The translations under genes were made by a program, and so were the position numbers. Shown one piece after another: positions 1 to 11,654 of a stretch of 64,000 nt of DNA (position 1 is its first letter; each line of letters begins with the position of its first letter). The stretch spans positions 438,499-502,498 of the forward strand of contig NW_003314323.1 in the NCBI RefSeq assembly GCF_000143415.4, read 5' to 3'. The notes beneath the pieces were generated by a model, which saw only the letters and a list, made by a program, of their open reading frames with translations, did no database searches and was not told the DNA's origin. This DNA comes from Selaginella moellendorffii. Its lineage: Eukaryota > Plantae > Lycopodiophyta.

Positions 1-715
1 TACTAGGTAAGGTATGTTCAACTTTAAATTACTAAAAAACAGTAAAAAGTGACTTGCTTTTGTTTTCTTTTAATTTTGTTATGATATTAATGATGTTGAA
101 GTGATGCCTTAACATTGATATTATTGATGTTAAGATTAGAGTGAGATGAAATGTTTCTTTATAAGCATACTGAAGAAGTTAGATTTTTAATTTGTGGTGA
201 TATAAATAATTAATGATTAATTGGGCTTATTGGAAATTAACATTTTACTTCACTATAACTATACCTTTTATGTCATTTTGCACAGCCAACATTACCACAA
301 CGTTTGCATTTCAATGGATTTTCCACCTAGAAGAATCATCCACAAGCCTGGCTATGGAGTGCCGTACAAGGGGACTCTTCCCTGTGGCCCAAACGTGCCC
401 GTGTGACACCTGGAGCAGTCGGTACCTTTCGTATAAAGACACAAGAGAACAAAAACCCCCTGTCAAGGTCAAACGTGCCAACCCGATACATTGGTCCGCA
501 GAGGCCATACCAATGATCCACTCCATCGATCCGTAGAACTTCCTGTCCAATCTCTTTATCTTGGAGTAGAGATCCCGCCAAGCGTCAACCATCTCAGTCT
601 TCTCACGTTTTGTGCTCAACCTCAAAAGCCAGCACCCGGTTGTAAACCCATAGCTGAAGATCCGGCCTCTTTGGCTTGGCCGTAGTTCTTGATCGATCCA
701 TAACGTTCGATCGCT

Positions 716-1560
716 CGTCTCGAAGCCTTTAAACACAAGAAAACCATGGAATCAATCGAGAAAAGAATGAGAAAAACTATGGAATCAATCGAGAAACGAA
801 TGAGAATTTTACCTTAGTTTTTCTTGTTGGTGATGACATCACAGACAAGGTCGTAAGCGTTTGCGTAGGAGAACATCGATCCAGGGAGTTTGGAGTTGAG
901 TTCCAGGATGAGATCTCCAGAGCCGAGTTGTAGTCCAGTGCAAGCTTGTTGGCACTCGGAACACAGCTCCCATCTCTCCGGAGATTGAGCGTGAGCTGAT
1001 ATGGGATGCAGCCGATGGGTCCAACTCCCGTGACAATGATCCTGCGAGCACCCAAGTTGTAAAGCGTCTGGAAAGCAGCAACTTTTAGATGATCACGAGA
1101 ACTTTGCATGGACTTAACTGTGAGTTGCTGTCGGATGAGCTTGTCCTGGAAGGCGTGCGGCGTGAGGTAGGTGAGAGGAACGGGCAAGAGATAGTTATTG
1201 GCAGCGATGGTGACGCAAAAAATGGATTTTACGACGTACTGGCGGGCAGACTCCTCACGAAACATGGATTTGAGCTTGTGCCTGGTGGTTTGGAAGTAGA
1301 GAAGTTGCTTTGACAACGACAATCTTCCAATCTAGATCACAAGAGCAAATCAGACAAACTATGAGGAAAAAACTTGGAAAAACTCACGAAGATCCTTCCG
1401 ATCTCCACGCATAGTTCACACCTTTGGGTGCTACATACGGTGGAGCATGTCGAATTCTAAAACTCTCGCCTGGCAAAACGAATTAATTGACAGAAAATGT
1501 CTCAAGAGCGCTGCAAAACCTCTCGCCAATGTCCATGAAGTCCTGTACGGCTGACCCTGG
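716..1560 (-). pseudogene. GDSL esterase/lipase pseudogene (remnants of exons 2-5)
   Basis: Translated pieces GVNYA, SLSKQLLYFQTT, TLYNLGARRIIVTGVGPIGCIPYQL and GFETSD are typical of plant GDSL lipases. They are separated by short GT-AG introns, with frameshifts and stops. The GDS(L) exon and the terminal DxxH motif are missing. Confidence 0.85.
741..806. repeat. Tandem duplication of about 32 bp inside a GDSL pseudogene intron
   Basis: aaaccatggaatcaatcgagaaaagaatgaga is followed directly by aaaactatggaatcaatcgagaaacgaatgaga. Confidence 0.85.
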
Positions 1561-1569
1561 CAGCTTTTT

Positions 1570-2088
1570 CTATTCAAATTTAATCTCCCAGACCGTGTAT
1601 CCTCTCGTCTCTATGCAAAGTTTTTGTACAGCCAGTCCCGGGATTATACGAGTGTTATAGTCTCCCTGTGTGGTAACCTCTGAAACATCCCTCCTGAACA
1701 CCAGCCAGTCTCCACCCTGAGAAGCAGGTACCTCCCGTTTGGGGGGGATCCAACGCACTGCCATGTGGACAGATCTCCGAAGCACCGGCTGAAAACCGTC
1801 CTCCTGCAGCTCTTCAGTCGGGATGTCAAAGCGCGACTTTGTGTCCGTGTCATTGGTCCAAAGTGGCGGTGCCACTAAGTGAATATGGTGAGCTTGCATG
1901 GCCTTTGACTTTAGCTCTTTCTCCTGTTCCTCTGAGAGCTCAAAGGCATGTGCTGGAGGTTTGTGTAGCTTTTGTTGCCTGCATGCAAATTCCACATTAG
2001 GACCAATGAATGTAAGCAGATGGTTTTCCATGGCTGGAGACTCACCAAACAAGCAGTAAGAAAGCACACTTTGTTTTCCTTCTGTCAT
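1570..2088 (-). other. Unassigned 172-codon ORF or gene fragment
   Basis: Open frame with coding-like GC content between the GDSL pseudogene and the GH25 gene. I recognise no motif in it. Confidence 0.3.
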
Positions 2089-2237
2089 GCCATGGTATTA
2101 TTGAAAACAAGACATAGAAACATTCAACTAACTCAAAATTATTCTTAAAATGCGTAAGTGACAACCACAACGCGTCCCTGTTCGCCCTGCGTCTGCGCGA
2201 GGTAATCATCCTAGCTGGGCACTTTAATCCAACATAA

Positions 2238-3029
2238 TCAGCCTTTGGCGAGCTTCTGCAGTTGAGAGTAAGGCCCATTAAACACGTTCTGATCGCCAGG
2301 AAACGTTCCCGAGTCGGCGTACTGCCAAAACGTATACACTTTCCAGTTGTAAGGATAAGTGGTCACCATGGAACAATAACAAGCAAGCCAAAATGGGCAG
2401 ACACTGCTAAAGTCCCCATAAGTCCCCACGCATGTGTTATACCAGTCTGCAGTGCTGTAAATCACTGGATAAGCTCCAGTTCCTTGCTTGTAAGTGTTCA
2501 CAAAGTCCTGGATCCACTTCCCCATCTCTGGCTTTCCAAGGTTGTAACATTTTTGCGCTGGAGTACAAGAGCTTCCACAAGATGGATTGTACTCAATATC
2601 CAAAGCTCCAGGAAGTGTTTGCCCGTCTGAAGACCACCGACCTCCATTTGTGAGGAAGTACGTCGCCTGAGTAGCACCATTAGATATGTCCGGACGGCCA
2701 AAGTGATATGCTCCACGGATGAAACCTGCACGGTAAGAACCAACATACTGCTGTGAAAAATATGGGTTTGTGTATCCCGTTCCTTCGGTGGCCTTGATGT
2801 ATGCGAACCTTGCACCGTTGTTGTAGGCACTCGGCCAGTCAACATTACCTTGGTAGCTACTTACGTCCATACCTGGAACTCCAGATCTAGTTTGGAGGAG
2901 AGTGCGACCTGCTGTCAAGCCATGACATTTGTGAGTGTACAAATCTGAAGTGTTGAGTGAGAATGATTGAGCTGGGATCGAGAGAAAAGATAAAAGGAGA
3001 ACTGGAAAGATCAAGCAATGAAACGCCAT
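2238..3029 (-). CDS. Secreted GH25 muramidase (Chalaropsis-type lysozyme), intronless, 263 aa
   Basis: Signal peptide MAFHCLIFPVLLLSFLSIPAQS. GH25 motifs GMDVSSYQG (first Asp), FAYIKATEG, IRGAYHF, PGALDIEYNP (DxE), IYS, FWQY and GDQNVFNG. Confidence 0.95.
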   Translation of the reverse strand: MAFHCLIFPVLLLSFLSIPAQSFSLNTSDLYTHKCHGLTAGRTLLQTRSGVPGMDVSSYQGNVDWPSAYNNGARFAYIKATEGTGYTNPYFSQQYVGSYRAGFIRGAYHFGRPDISNGATQATYFLTNGGRWSSDGQTLPGALDIEYNPSCGSSCTPAQKCYNLGKPEMGKWIQDFVNTYKQGTGAYPVIYSTADWYNTCVGTYGDFSSVCPFWLACYCSMVTTYPYNWKVYTFWQYADSGTFPGDQNVFNGPYSQLQKLAKG

Positions 3030-3255
3030 AGCTTGAACTTGGAGACCTTGGAGCTTAATTTCTGCCTAGCTTGAAGTCTTCAAGCCATGCTGTTTTAAAG
3101 AGATTGCAGCTTAATCTTGATTACATTGTAGCACTGACTTTCGGATTTCTGGCCGTTTCTCCAGAAAAAAAATATATATAAAATAAAAGATGAAGTTAGA
3201 CTGAGGGTTTTCGGTACCGGCTAGTTAGCGACCGCTTTCGAGGTTTTAACTTTTT

Positions 3256-3355
3256 NNNNNNNNNNNNNNNNNNNNNNNNNNNNNNNNNNNNNNNNNNNNN
3301 NNNNNNNNNNNNNNNNNNNNNNNNNNNNNNNNNNNNNNNNNNNNNNNNNNNNNNN
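3256..3355. other. Assembly gap (100 N)
   Basis: Run of N characters. Confidence 1.
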
Positions 3356-3949
3356 AGTTAGATTGAGGTGTTTTCTGAGTTTGAGATAAGATCAACTGAG
3401 TTTAGTGTTGTCCAAATCCAAAAGTCATGCGCTAGTATATACCCTCAAGATTACTTGTAGTACATATGGGGGATTCCATAAAAAATCTAAGTTGGATTTC
3501 CTAAACTTGAAAAATTTCCACTTTAAAGGATGGTACCTCTTGTTAAAACTTATTTTAATTTGGAATGTGAAGGCCACGTGGCAAGAGAAAAAAGAAAGAG
3601 ATTAGTATTGTTGATAGTAGTGTTAGTAAAGCAGTGTTGCATGTGGGGGGACCTGGGAAAACTCTAGATGCTACATGCAGCCTTTTTGGGCAATTGGGGC
3701 CAGAATGTGTTCAAGTCGACACGGTAGTGCCCCGGGCCCCAATTCAGGGCTTGGGATCCTGTGGGTCAACCTAGGAGGAGCCCTGGCTGTAAATGTAGCA
3801 ACATAAAATAAAAGTTTGGTGGGAAATGAGGCAATGTTACAACTAGTGTGCCCAGAAAAATTAATGAGATGGAATCACTACACCATCCCTCAAGAGGACA
3901 ATCAGGTAACTCAAGGGCACCCACAGCAACATCAAGGGTGAATCTATAG

Positions 3950-5840
3950 AAAAGTCTAAGGGGAAAGATAATAGGTGAAAGTGGATTCAACATTACTATT
4001 GTGAGAATAAATGTTATCGTGATTATCTCCAATGCAAGAAGAAGAGGGAGGATATAAGGCTCAACATTCAGAAGTGGAAGCTTGATATTCCAAGTGGGCA
4101 ATCAAGCTATTGGAATATATCAAGTGATGAACACATCACTCGGAAATTACATCATAACTTCTCAAAAGAGCTCTACAATAAAATGGATCAACACATTCTA
4201 GAGAGTAGAATTGCAGATGTAGATGGCCTTGTTTTTGACACATCAGGACAAAAATTTGCTACTTCTAATGAGCACAATACACCACAAAGTCAGCCCTCAC
4301 AACCCACTAAGTCCTCACAACTATCTAAGTCTTCACAACCTGAAGGTATGCCATTTATATTTGTTTTATGGTTTATAAGCTTCTAATGCATTTTAGATCT
4401 AAGTCAAGAGCCAAAGTCAGCCTCGAAAAGAATAAAGAACAACACCCTAGAAACTAGTTTGAAGAAACAAAGGGGATGGTAAAGATGATAAAGAAAAGTC
4501 AGAAAGTGTAAATAAAGTTTATACAAGATCTTCATAGTCAATCCATAGCAAAGTAGCAAATGATGATTGACACCTTAAGTTCAAAATCACAATAGACATA
4601 AGAGTGCTTGAGTAGTAGTCTATAGGGTGTGAGGGACCAGTTTACTTGTTAAAATGACTTGTTTAAGATGTTGATTAGGAAGAGAATGTAGTTTTTTTTA
4701 ATGGTGCAAACTCAATGCATAATCCATTACAATCTTTCTAAATTTACATTTAGAAGTACTTCCAATGACATTACTTTCTTTAGTGTCATAATTTGGATCA
4801 TGATTACTACCATCCTACTCTAAAAACCTATCACCACTGACTATCATAATGTTGTGCATAATAACACAAGCTTTAATGTAGTTAAATTGCATATAAAGAT
4901 CACAAAGTTTCTTGTAACAAACACTTATTTGACTATAATCTTAGTAGAGGAGTGTATGAAATTATAGTTGAAGTAGTTGTCACTAACAAACTTTGTTGGA
5001 AATAAAATAAGCATTCCCACAACAACATCATAGCCACCATTTGTTATTAAATATTTAGTATCTCCAGACCTTGTATGGTAAACAGGACCATTCAATCTCT
5101 CACTACAAGTAATTTATAACTTGAAATTACTTGTGGCCCAAACCCTTTGATCATTTGCAAACTATCAACAATAGCTTGCACTTGTATGCTAAATCATCAT
5201 TTATAATCCCTCCATTCCCATCCATCAAAACCACCTAGAAGCTCTATTTCGATATATATGCAATCAATAACTCTAACACAATTTGGGCAACTATACAATC
5301 TCTAAAAACTATTCTTCACTATTTGAAGTTTTTCCTTTTCTGGCCACCTAATATATATGCTTCTATGCTTTTCCACACTCTCACAAATTTCTTTAATATC
5401 TTGATGCAAGTTGTATGATAACATCCAAACTTTTCTTAAAGTGTAAGCCATGTATCCCATGTAGCTAACTGTTGTAAAGAGACTACATGTTTCACTATAA
5501 AGTTCTTACCTAGAATGTTGCAAAGAGCTTATGGAGGATTTGTACTGAGATCATTGTCTAACAAGTTGCAAAATCAAATGACAACATTAAAACTTGAAAG
5601 TAGCTTTTCCAATGACTTAAATTGACAACCCTCGCATAAGTGTAAAACAAATGCCACCAATACAAACTCCGCTCTTTGATGTACATATTTATAATAAACC
5701 TATCCCTTATGACCTTCAGTCAAATTTCCCACTTAGAAATCCATTAAACACATCATTGAATTCAAATAAATGTGTCATTGATGAGAGAAGAAGCAACAAA
5801 ATTACTTAAAGCCATAGAGGAGTGTATTAAGTATTCCATC
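3950..5840. mobile_element. Fossil PIF/Harbinger DNA transposon with convergent Myb/SANT-like ORF (+) and DDE transposase (-)
   Basis: The + strand at about 3950-4200 reads KWIQHYYCENKCYRDYLQCKKK...SYWNISSDEH...HNFSKELYNKM (trihelix/Myb-SANT-like). The - strand at about 5840-4850 reads YIKERSLYWW, EKFGCYHTT, PNCVRVIDCIYI (GAIDGTHI-like), SIQVQAIVDS, KYLITNGGY, YNFIHSSTKIIV and IKACVIMHN, which are the ordered DDE_Tnp_4/HARBI1 motifs. Many stops and frameshifts; TIRs not identified. Confidence 0.85.
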
Positions 5841-6505
5841 ATTCCCAATTGCCTTCTTTGAGCTCTCTACTATGCCCTCTTTGCAACGAGTGCTCTATTC
5901 AAATGGTAAAAAATAAATTGAATTAAGGCGTTTTAGAACTTTGGTTCAATAAGAGTTTGTATATTAAGGTTTTGAAAAGGTTGTAACCTTCATTTGCTAT
6001 AGTTTGTTAGTGGATTGGTTGACACTTAGAGTAAATTATTCAATAGAAAATGTGTATAATTGAGGCATTGATGCTACTAACACTTGTGTTAGTGGAAGTG
6101 GCATTGTTTTGTTAAGTGATGAGGAATTTTCCCTAAAATTTATTTTTTCATATGAATTTTTTTATTAATGTTTTGACTTTTTATTAGATTTTGAAGATGA
6201 TTGAAGAAGAATGTAATTACAATATAGATATCTGAAGATATGGTTTTCGTGATAAAATTTTAGATGTTCATTAGCATTTATAGATATTCTTGTTAAATGT
6301 AAGATATATAAATATGTTATTGGATTCTTAAACATGTTATTGGGTCATACAAATTAAGTTATAGATAAGAGGATGTTAGTTGAGTCTTGAAAATTTATAT
6401 TCTTAGATTAAGAGTAATTTTTTTTCTAAAATAGAAAAATTTCCACAAATTTTCTTACGTTTTCCAATAGTAAATCTGTTGATTATTTTATTCAAAAACC
6501 ATTTT

Positions 6506-6590
6506 ATTCTAGAGTTGACTTTGGTTAGTCTAGACCTTAGTAAGTAGTTTATATGATGTTAACTGAAAGGGATGCTAACTTTTAGAGTTA
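6506..6590 (+). repeat. Left arm of an imperfect inverted repeat of about 85 bp (partner 11203-11290)
   Basis: Its reverse complement aligns by eye with 11203-11290 (aaaagttaRcatcc...acatcatayaaactacttactaa...aagtYaactc). Confidence 0.7.
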
Positions 6591-6593
6591 AAA

Positions 6594-8890
6594 TGTAATG
6601 CACTTTATCTTTCTCCCCTTAAACTAACTGGAAAAGGGGCAATTGCTTGATGAGAGAGCCTTTAATAGCTATTTTATCCCTATTTATCCCTCAAAGTTCT
6701 AAAGATCCACGATGACAGTATATCCAAATTTCATCCCTTAATTATATGTGTTACACTCACCCCCCCTTTAGAAATGTCAATGTCCTTATTGACTATTGAT
6801 TATTGACTAACAACCCCTACTGAGCTAAGGAGAACCAACATCTTCATTTCCGCACTGAATTTACTAATCCTTCCATTGTGTAGATTAGCTATTCCATGTG
6901 AAGCAACTAGTCATCCACCCGTACTGCAATCCCACGGTGGATACCTTCATCCGTAGATACTCTACACAAAAAGAGGACGTACGCATGGATGCCTAATACG
7001 TATGATTTCAAATTTAAGGGTAGGAATATACCTTTCTCAAGGGTATATTATATTTTTAAGTAGCCACTAATCAATGGGAATCAAACTCATGCTATTTGCT
7101 CTGATACCAAATGTAATGCACATGGTTTTAACCCTTTATCCTATAGTGATTTACCATAGGGTAACCATGAAGTGGAACCTAACCCTTTGTGTGCCACATG
7201 TCACATGCCATGTGTCCAAAGGATAGTGGTGTGGAACCTAAGTTTTAGGACCTTGGGCCATTGAATGAAGGAACAATGCCAAACTCCCAAGCATGGAACC
7301 AAGGAGTAATGGCATTGGGCCACAGAACAACTCTCGAGCATATAGCTTAAGGAGCAAAAGAATAGGAGCACGGAGCTACTTAAAACAGTCCTAGAGCATC
7401 TAACATCCCAATGCCAGGACCAGCACACAAAAAATGGAGCCAAACGAAGTTTGGTGTTATTCCAGCATACCGGTGGCCTAACGCAAGGACATGGGTATTC
7501 CACTAGCTAATATGGAATGGAATTTGGGCTTAGACCCAAGCCGGACACAAAACAAAGATAAATACGCAAGTGGGAGTTAAATTAGGCCTTAAGTTGGTTA
7601 GCCATGCCCAACCTACCCACTATTCTTACTATACATTTAAAACCCTCTATAGCTCCCCCCCCCGAAGAACACACACTTTGGGTTTTCACCCCAAGCCTCC
7701 TTTAGTACGAAGAGTTAATCTCTGGGACAAGCTTCAAACTTACTAAATATGGAATATCCCTAGATTGCGAATTTGGACACGAGACGAACACCATTGTGTT
7801 TAGGATAATCTTTACATTCTGTAGATGTGCTAAACGAGTGAATCTAGACACTTTTCATAATTAGCATTTGGACTAAAATGAGACTAACACAAAAAGCATG
7901 ATAGCGAGGGTGTTTGGCAGATATTATAAGCTATCATCTAGCGATATTGAGGGACCAAGCTCAATATCACAGGGGTTCTCAACACTAGCAAGTGCAAATC
8001 AACATCATGAGTTTCTCATCACCGTGTCAAGTTTACTTGACAAATGACAACTTAGGATTTCCTTCCTTAGTGCCCTTCCGGTCTAAGTGCACATATGATG
8101 ATTAGTTTCTCAACTAACTTAGGTGGAAACTAATAAAGAGTCCAGCAATACCGACCTTTTGCCATTGTGGCAGTAAGGAAAGAATATCCGAAAGAACTAG
8201 CCAACAGATAACTTTCACATTTGCGACACTCTCTTCCTGTTAGGGAAGATTGATGTCTTCGTCGATGCATACTCCAGTCTAAAATACCGCCAAGGAAACA
8301 ACTCCAGTAAAAGTTTATGGTATTCACACTATGTGAAAAATGCACCAATTTAAATGAATTAAGGTAACCTCTTTGTCTAATGCAGATGCGCTACCAACTT
8401 AGACACCTTTCGGCCGTTGCCAACAAGAAAATGACTAACAGAGTTAGCCACCCTTGCTGCTTTGGGTGTCACCCAGTTTACAAAAGTGTGATATGCCCCT
8501 GTTCACAAGGGTATAGAGAGAGAAGCCAAAGGCCCCAACCCTCATGAGCAAAGAAACCAAACCCGTCAATAAGGTTTAAATAAACTACTATAAATAGGCA
8601 GTTAGAGTTGTTTATATGGTCACACCCTTTTAACAAAATAAGGAACATCGACAGAGAGGTGGGTTATGTGATCAGTTGACAGTAGCTACCCCATGACTAG
8701 AGATTTCACCATGCACATGAAGTGCCGAAGTCAGTCTGCCTATACTGGCCCAAACTCAAAGATCAATAGATGGACAGTATCAAGGTCATAGACAATGATA
8801 ACTTAGAGTCTTAATTATCAGTGAATAAATCTTAGATTAGAACATAAAAGTAAGTTATCATCTGATAAACCAATATTAAAGTACAAGAAC
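6594..8890 (-). mobile_element. Collapsed non-coding LTR retroelement (long 5' LTR, PBS, about 330 bp internal remnant, PPT, shrunken 3' LTR)
   Basis: On the minus strand the LTR ends ...TTACA at 7112. The tRNA-iMet PBS TGGTATCAGAGC is at 7109-7098. The PPT AAAGGGGGGGTGAG at about 6769-6756 is followed by TGTAA. The same terminus TGTAATGCAC recurs at 6594. 7112-8890 is homologous to repeats at 58.6-63.8 kb. Confidence 0.75.
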
Positions 8891-11202
8891 CACCAAGATG
8901 AGCATGTTTAGAAACATAAGATTCACCATCCAACAAACTCCAATAACAAGTATACCATCAATAACACTTGATGATAAAACTTAACTACCAAAAATTGTAA
9001 ATAATATGCCAAACAATTTACCAAAAACAACTAAAAGAACATAAAGTATCATTGACTGACAAGCAAAATGCTTATGAATGTATCACTCGAAGGAGAAAAC
9101 ATCCAATGTATCAGAACCAACTAGAACAACAATCAACAAAACAGAATGAATGTGGCAATACTAATAAATACGCGTTTATACTAACTATTGCACTAGTCAA
9201 TCCTAATAGATCCCAGTCAACAATACTAAGGAACTAGAATTGCTCAAGTAAACATTAACAACATCCTACCGATATTAAAAACTAAAAGATAAATCTAGAG
9301 CAAACCACAAAGAACATGTGGTATTGTGAAAAGCCATAAGCCACCAAAGAGAACAATTAACTATTATAAAAGGTCATTAATCATCCCATTAATGAAGAAA
9401 TGCATAATCATTGTCGAAGAAAGAATCCACCATCCCGAAGACTGGCAAATCATTCTAGATCAACAATAATGAAGCAAATTTTTTAATGAGAATAATCAAC
9501 TATCCTAAGGTGATAATTAATCATCACCAATGATTATCAGATGCAAAAGCCAACTTCAACATTAAAGCTAAAGAGATAAAATGCCTTCCCCAACAACTTC
9601 TAACAAATGGAACAATGAGTATAAAACTCAAAGTCTAAAAACTCAAAGAAGCCTATAGCCAAGTTTTGCTTAATAATGATCACGAGTCTCGCATGAATTA
9701 ATTTTAATGCTAAAAAATAAATCATGGCATAATCCATAATATCTTCCTCAACACATCCATAAGCTAAACTTCATAATGCAAAAGTTAATAAAGAGTATGT
9801 CTACATCAATCCAAAAGCTAAGCATAATGAAGCTATGCTCAACAAGTGATCATCTAATCGATCCTCCATGAATCCATCGATAACAAAACGTAACTCACTT
9901 CAAAACAAGCACAAAAAGAATCATCAATGATCAATATATCCCAACATAAATCCAACAAGGAACTAACATCTTCAATATCGATCATTAACTCTTCCTCTTG
10001 TAGAGTTAGCATTGTCTATGATTAAATCACTTTTCAAGAAAAAGCTCAAAACTCAACCTTGACTAAGCAATCTCGTCTAAAACACAACCAACTCAACTTG
10101 CAACTTAGTTCATTTGAACGTTAATACAATTGCTAACAAGCAAATGCATGAATGCCAACAACATAAAGCTAAAGCCAAATCATTAACACTATTTGCATCA
10201 AGACTAATGAAACTCAATATCAATTTTATGGAAAGACGTCTCATTTCACTCAAATCTCAATAATAATAATGTCAATAACAAGGCATCACTTTAATGCTAT
10301 CAACACCATAACAAAGATAAAAGAAAGCAAAAGTGAATCACCACTCAAAACTCCTTAGCAACCAAACTAACCAAAATCGAAAATACTTTACTCAGTATCT
10401 GAGATTAACCTTTCAGCAATACTCAGTTATAGATAACACATCATCAAGGAGTGAATCACCACATCTGCAACCAAATAATATCGACAGAGGTAGAATCGAC
10501 ATGCCAACATGGAAAACCTATGTAATTCTAATAACACGATCTTCCACAACACCATCCGGTAAAGCAAACCCATCATTGCTAAATCATCATCGAGTGAAGT
10601 AAGTGTTAAACAGTCCTCAACAAAGTCTACAAACAATCATTAATCGCAAAGTAACTAACAATCACTCTTCAACTTACCTTCACAAGACCCAAACACTAAA
10701 CCCATGTCATCAAGTCATATACTTGTCCAATATAAACGTAATACCTCAAGCACGAGATAAAAGTTCATGGACAAACATGAACTAAATGATTACTCGAATC
10801 CAACTTAACCGCAATAAACTCACCAACACATCTAGCCAATAGCTCAAGTATGCCTCAAGAGGCTAGTTAGGCATGATTAACATTTAGTCGAAATTAAAGT
10901 GAAAATCATAAGATGGACTCATATCGATACACAACCTCCTCATATACAAAGCTATAGTACAGGTACTAACATCTCAATCTCAAATAACTAAGTTGGATAT
11001 CACCATCCTCAGCCAAGGCACAAGGCCATTAAGACCAAATCAAGATTAGTGAGAACTCACTATTCTCATAGAGTTTAATGAAATGCAAGGTGCAACCTGC
11101 CACTAAGCACAACGCTACAAAAAAAAGCACAAAGGTCACTTTTCTAGAAAAGTACAACAGTCACTATTCTACACCAAATCTAGACTCTATTCAATTCAAT
11201 TG

Positions 11203-11290
11203 CCTTAAGCCCAAAAGTTAACATCCTTTTTGGGTCACATCATACAAACTACTTACTAAAGTTTAAACTAACTGAAGTTAACTCCAAGAA
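11203..11290 (-). repeat. Right arm of the imperfect inverted repeat (partner 6506-6590)
   Basis: Reverse-complement similarity to 6506-6590. Confidence 0.7.
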
Positions 11291-11654
11291 CATCACAACT
11301 CTACTGAAGAGGTTGCCTATTCAAGATGTGATCATACCTGCATTTTCTTGTATCTTGTGTGTGAAGAAGTCATTCTTTTTTGTTTTTTTCCCTGCTAACT
11401 TCACTTTTTGTTTCTTTCTTACTCATCTCAAGGAAGAAGATAGATAAGTTTTATGGAAACCTTGGATCACTCGTGATAGAAAGATAATGTAAGTAACACT
11501 TCTTTTCAGTTCAATTTTTACAGTGGATTCTCTTATGAGAAAACAAAATGAGGATATTCAACTCCACAAGAGTGTTTTCAAAGAAAAGATAAAAAAATCT
11601 ACTGCTGGACTTGCAAAAGCTCACAACCGTAGAGAACGTCACACAGTCAGGTCC

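Noticed and set aside
2238-3029. GH25 gene as microbial contamination
   Set aside because: It has moderate GC unlike actinobacteria, a eukaryote-like signal peptide, and gap-free contiguity with plant pseudogene DNA on the left. It is not fully excluded because of the nearby gap.
8900-11100. Short ORFs in the A/C-skewed region
   Set aside because: No recognisable motifs; probably decayed repeat sequence.
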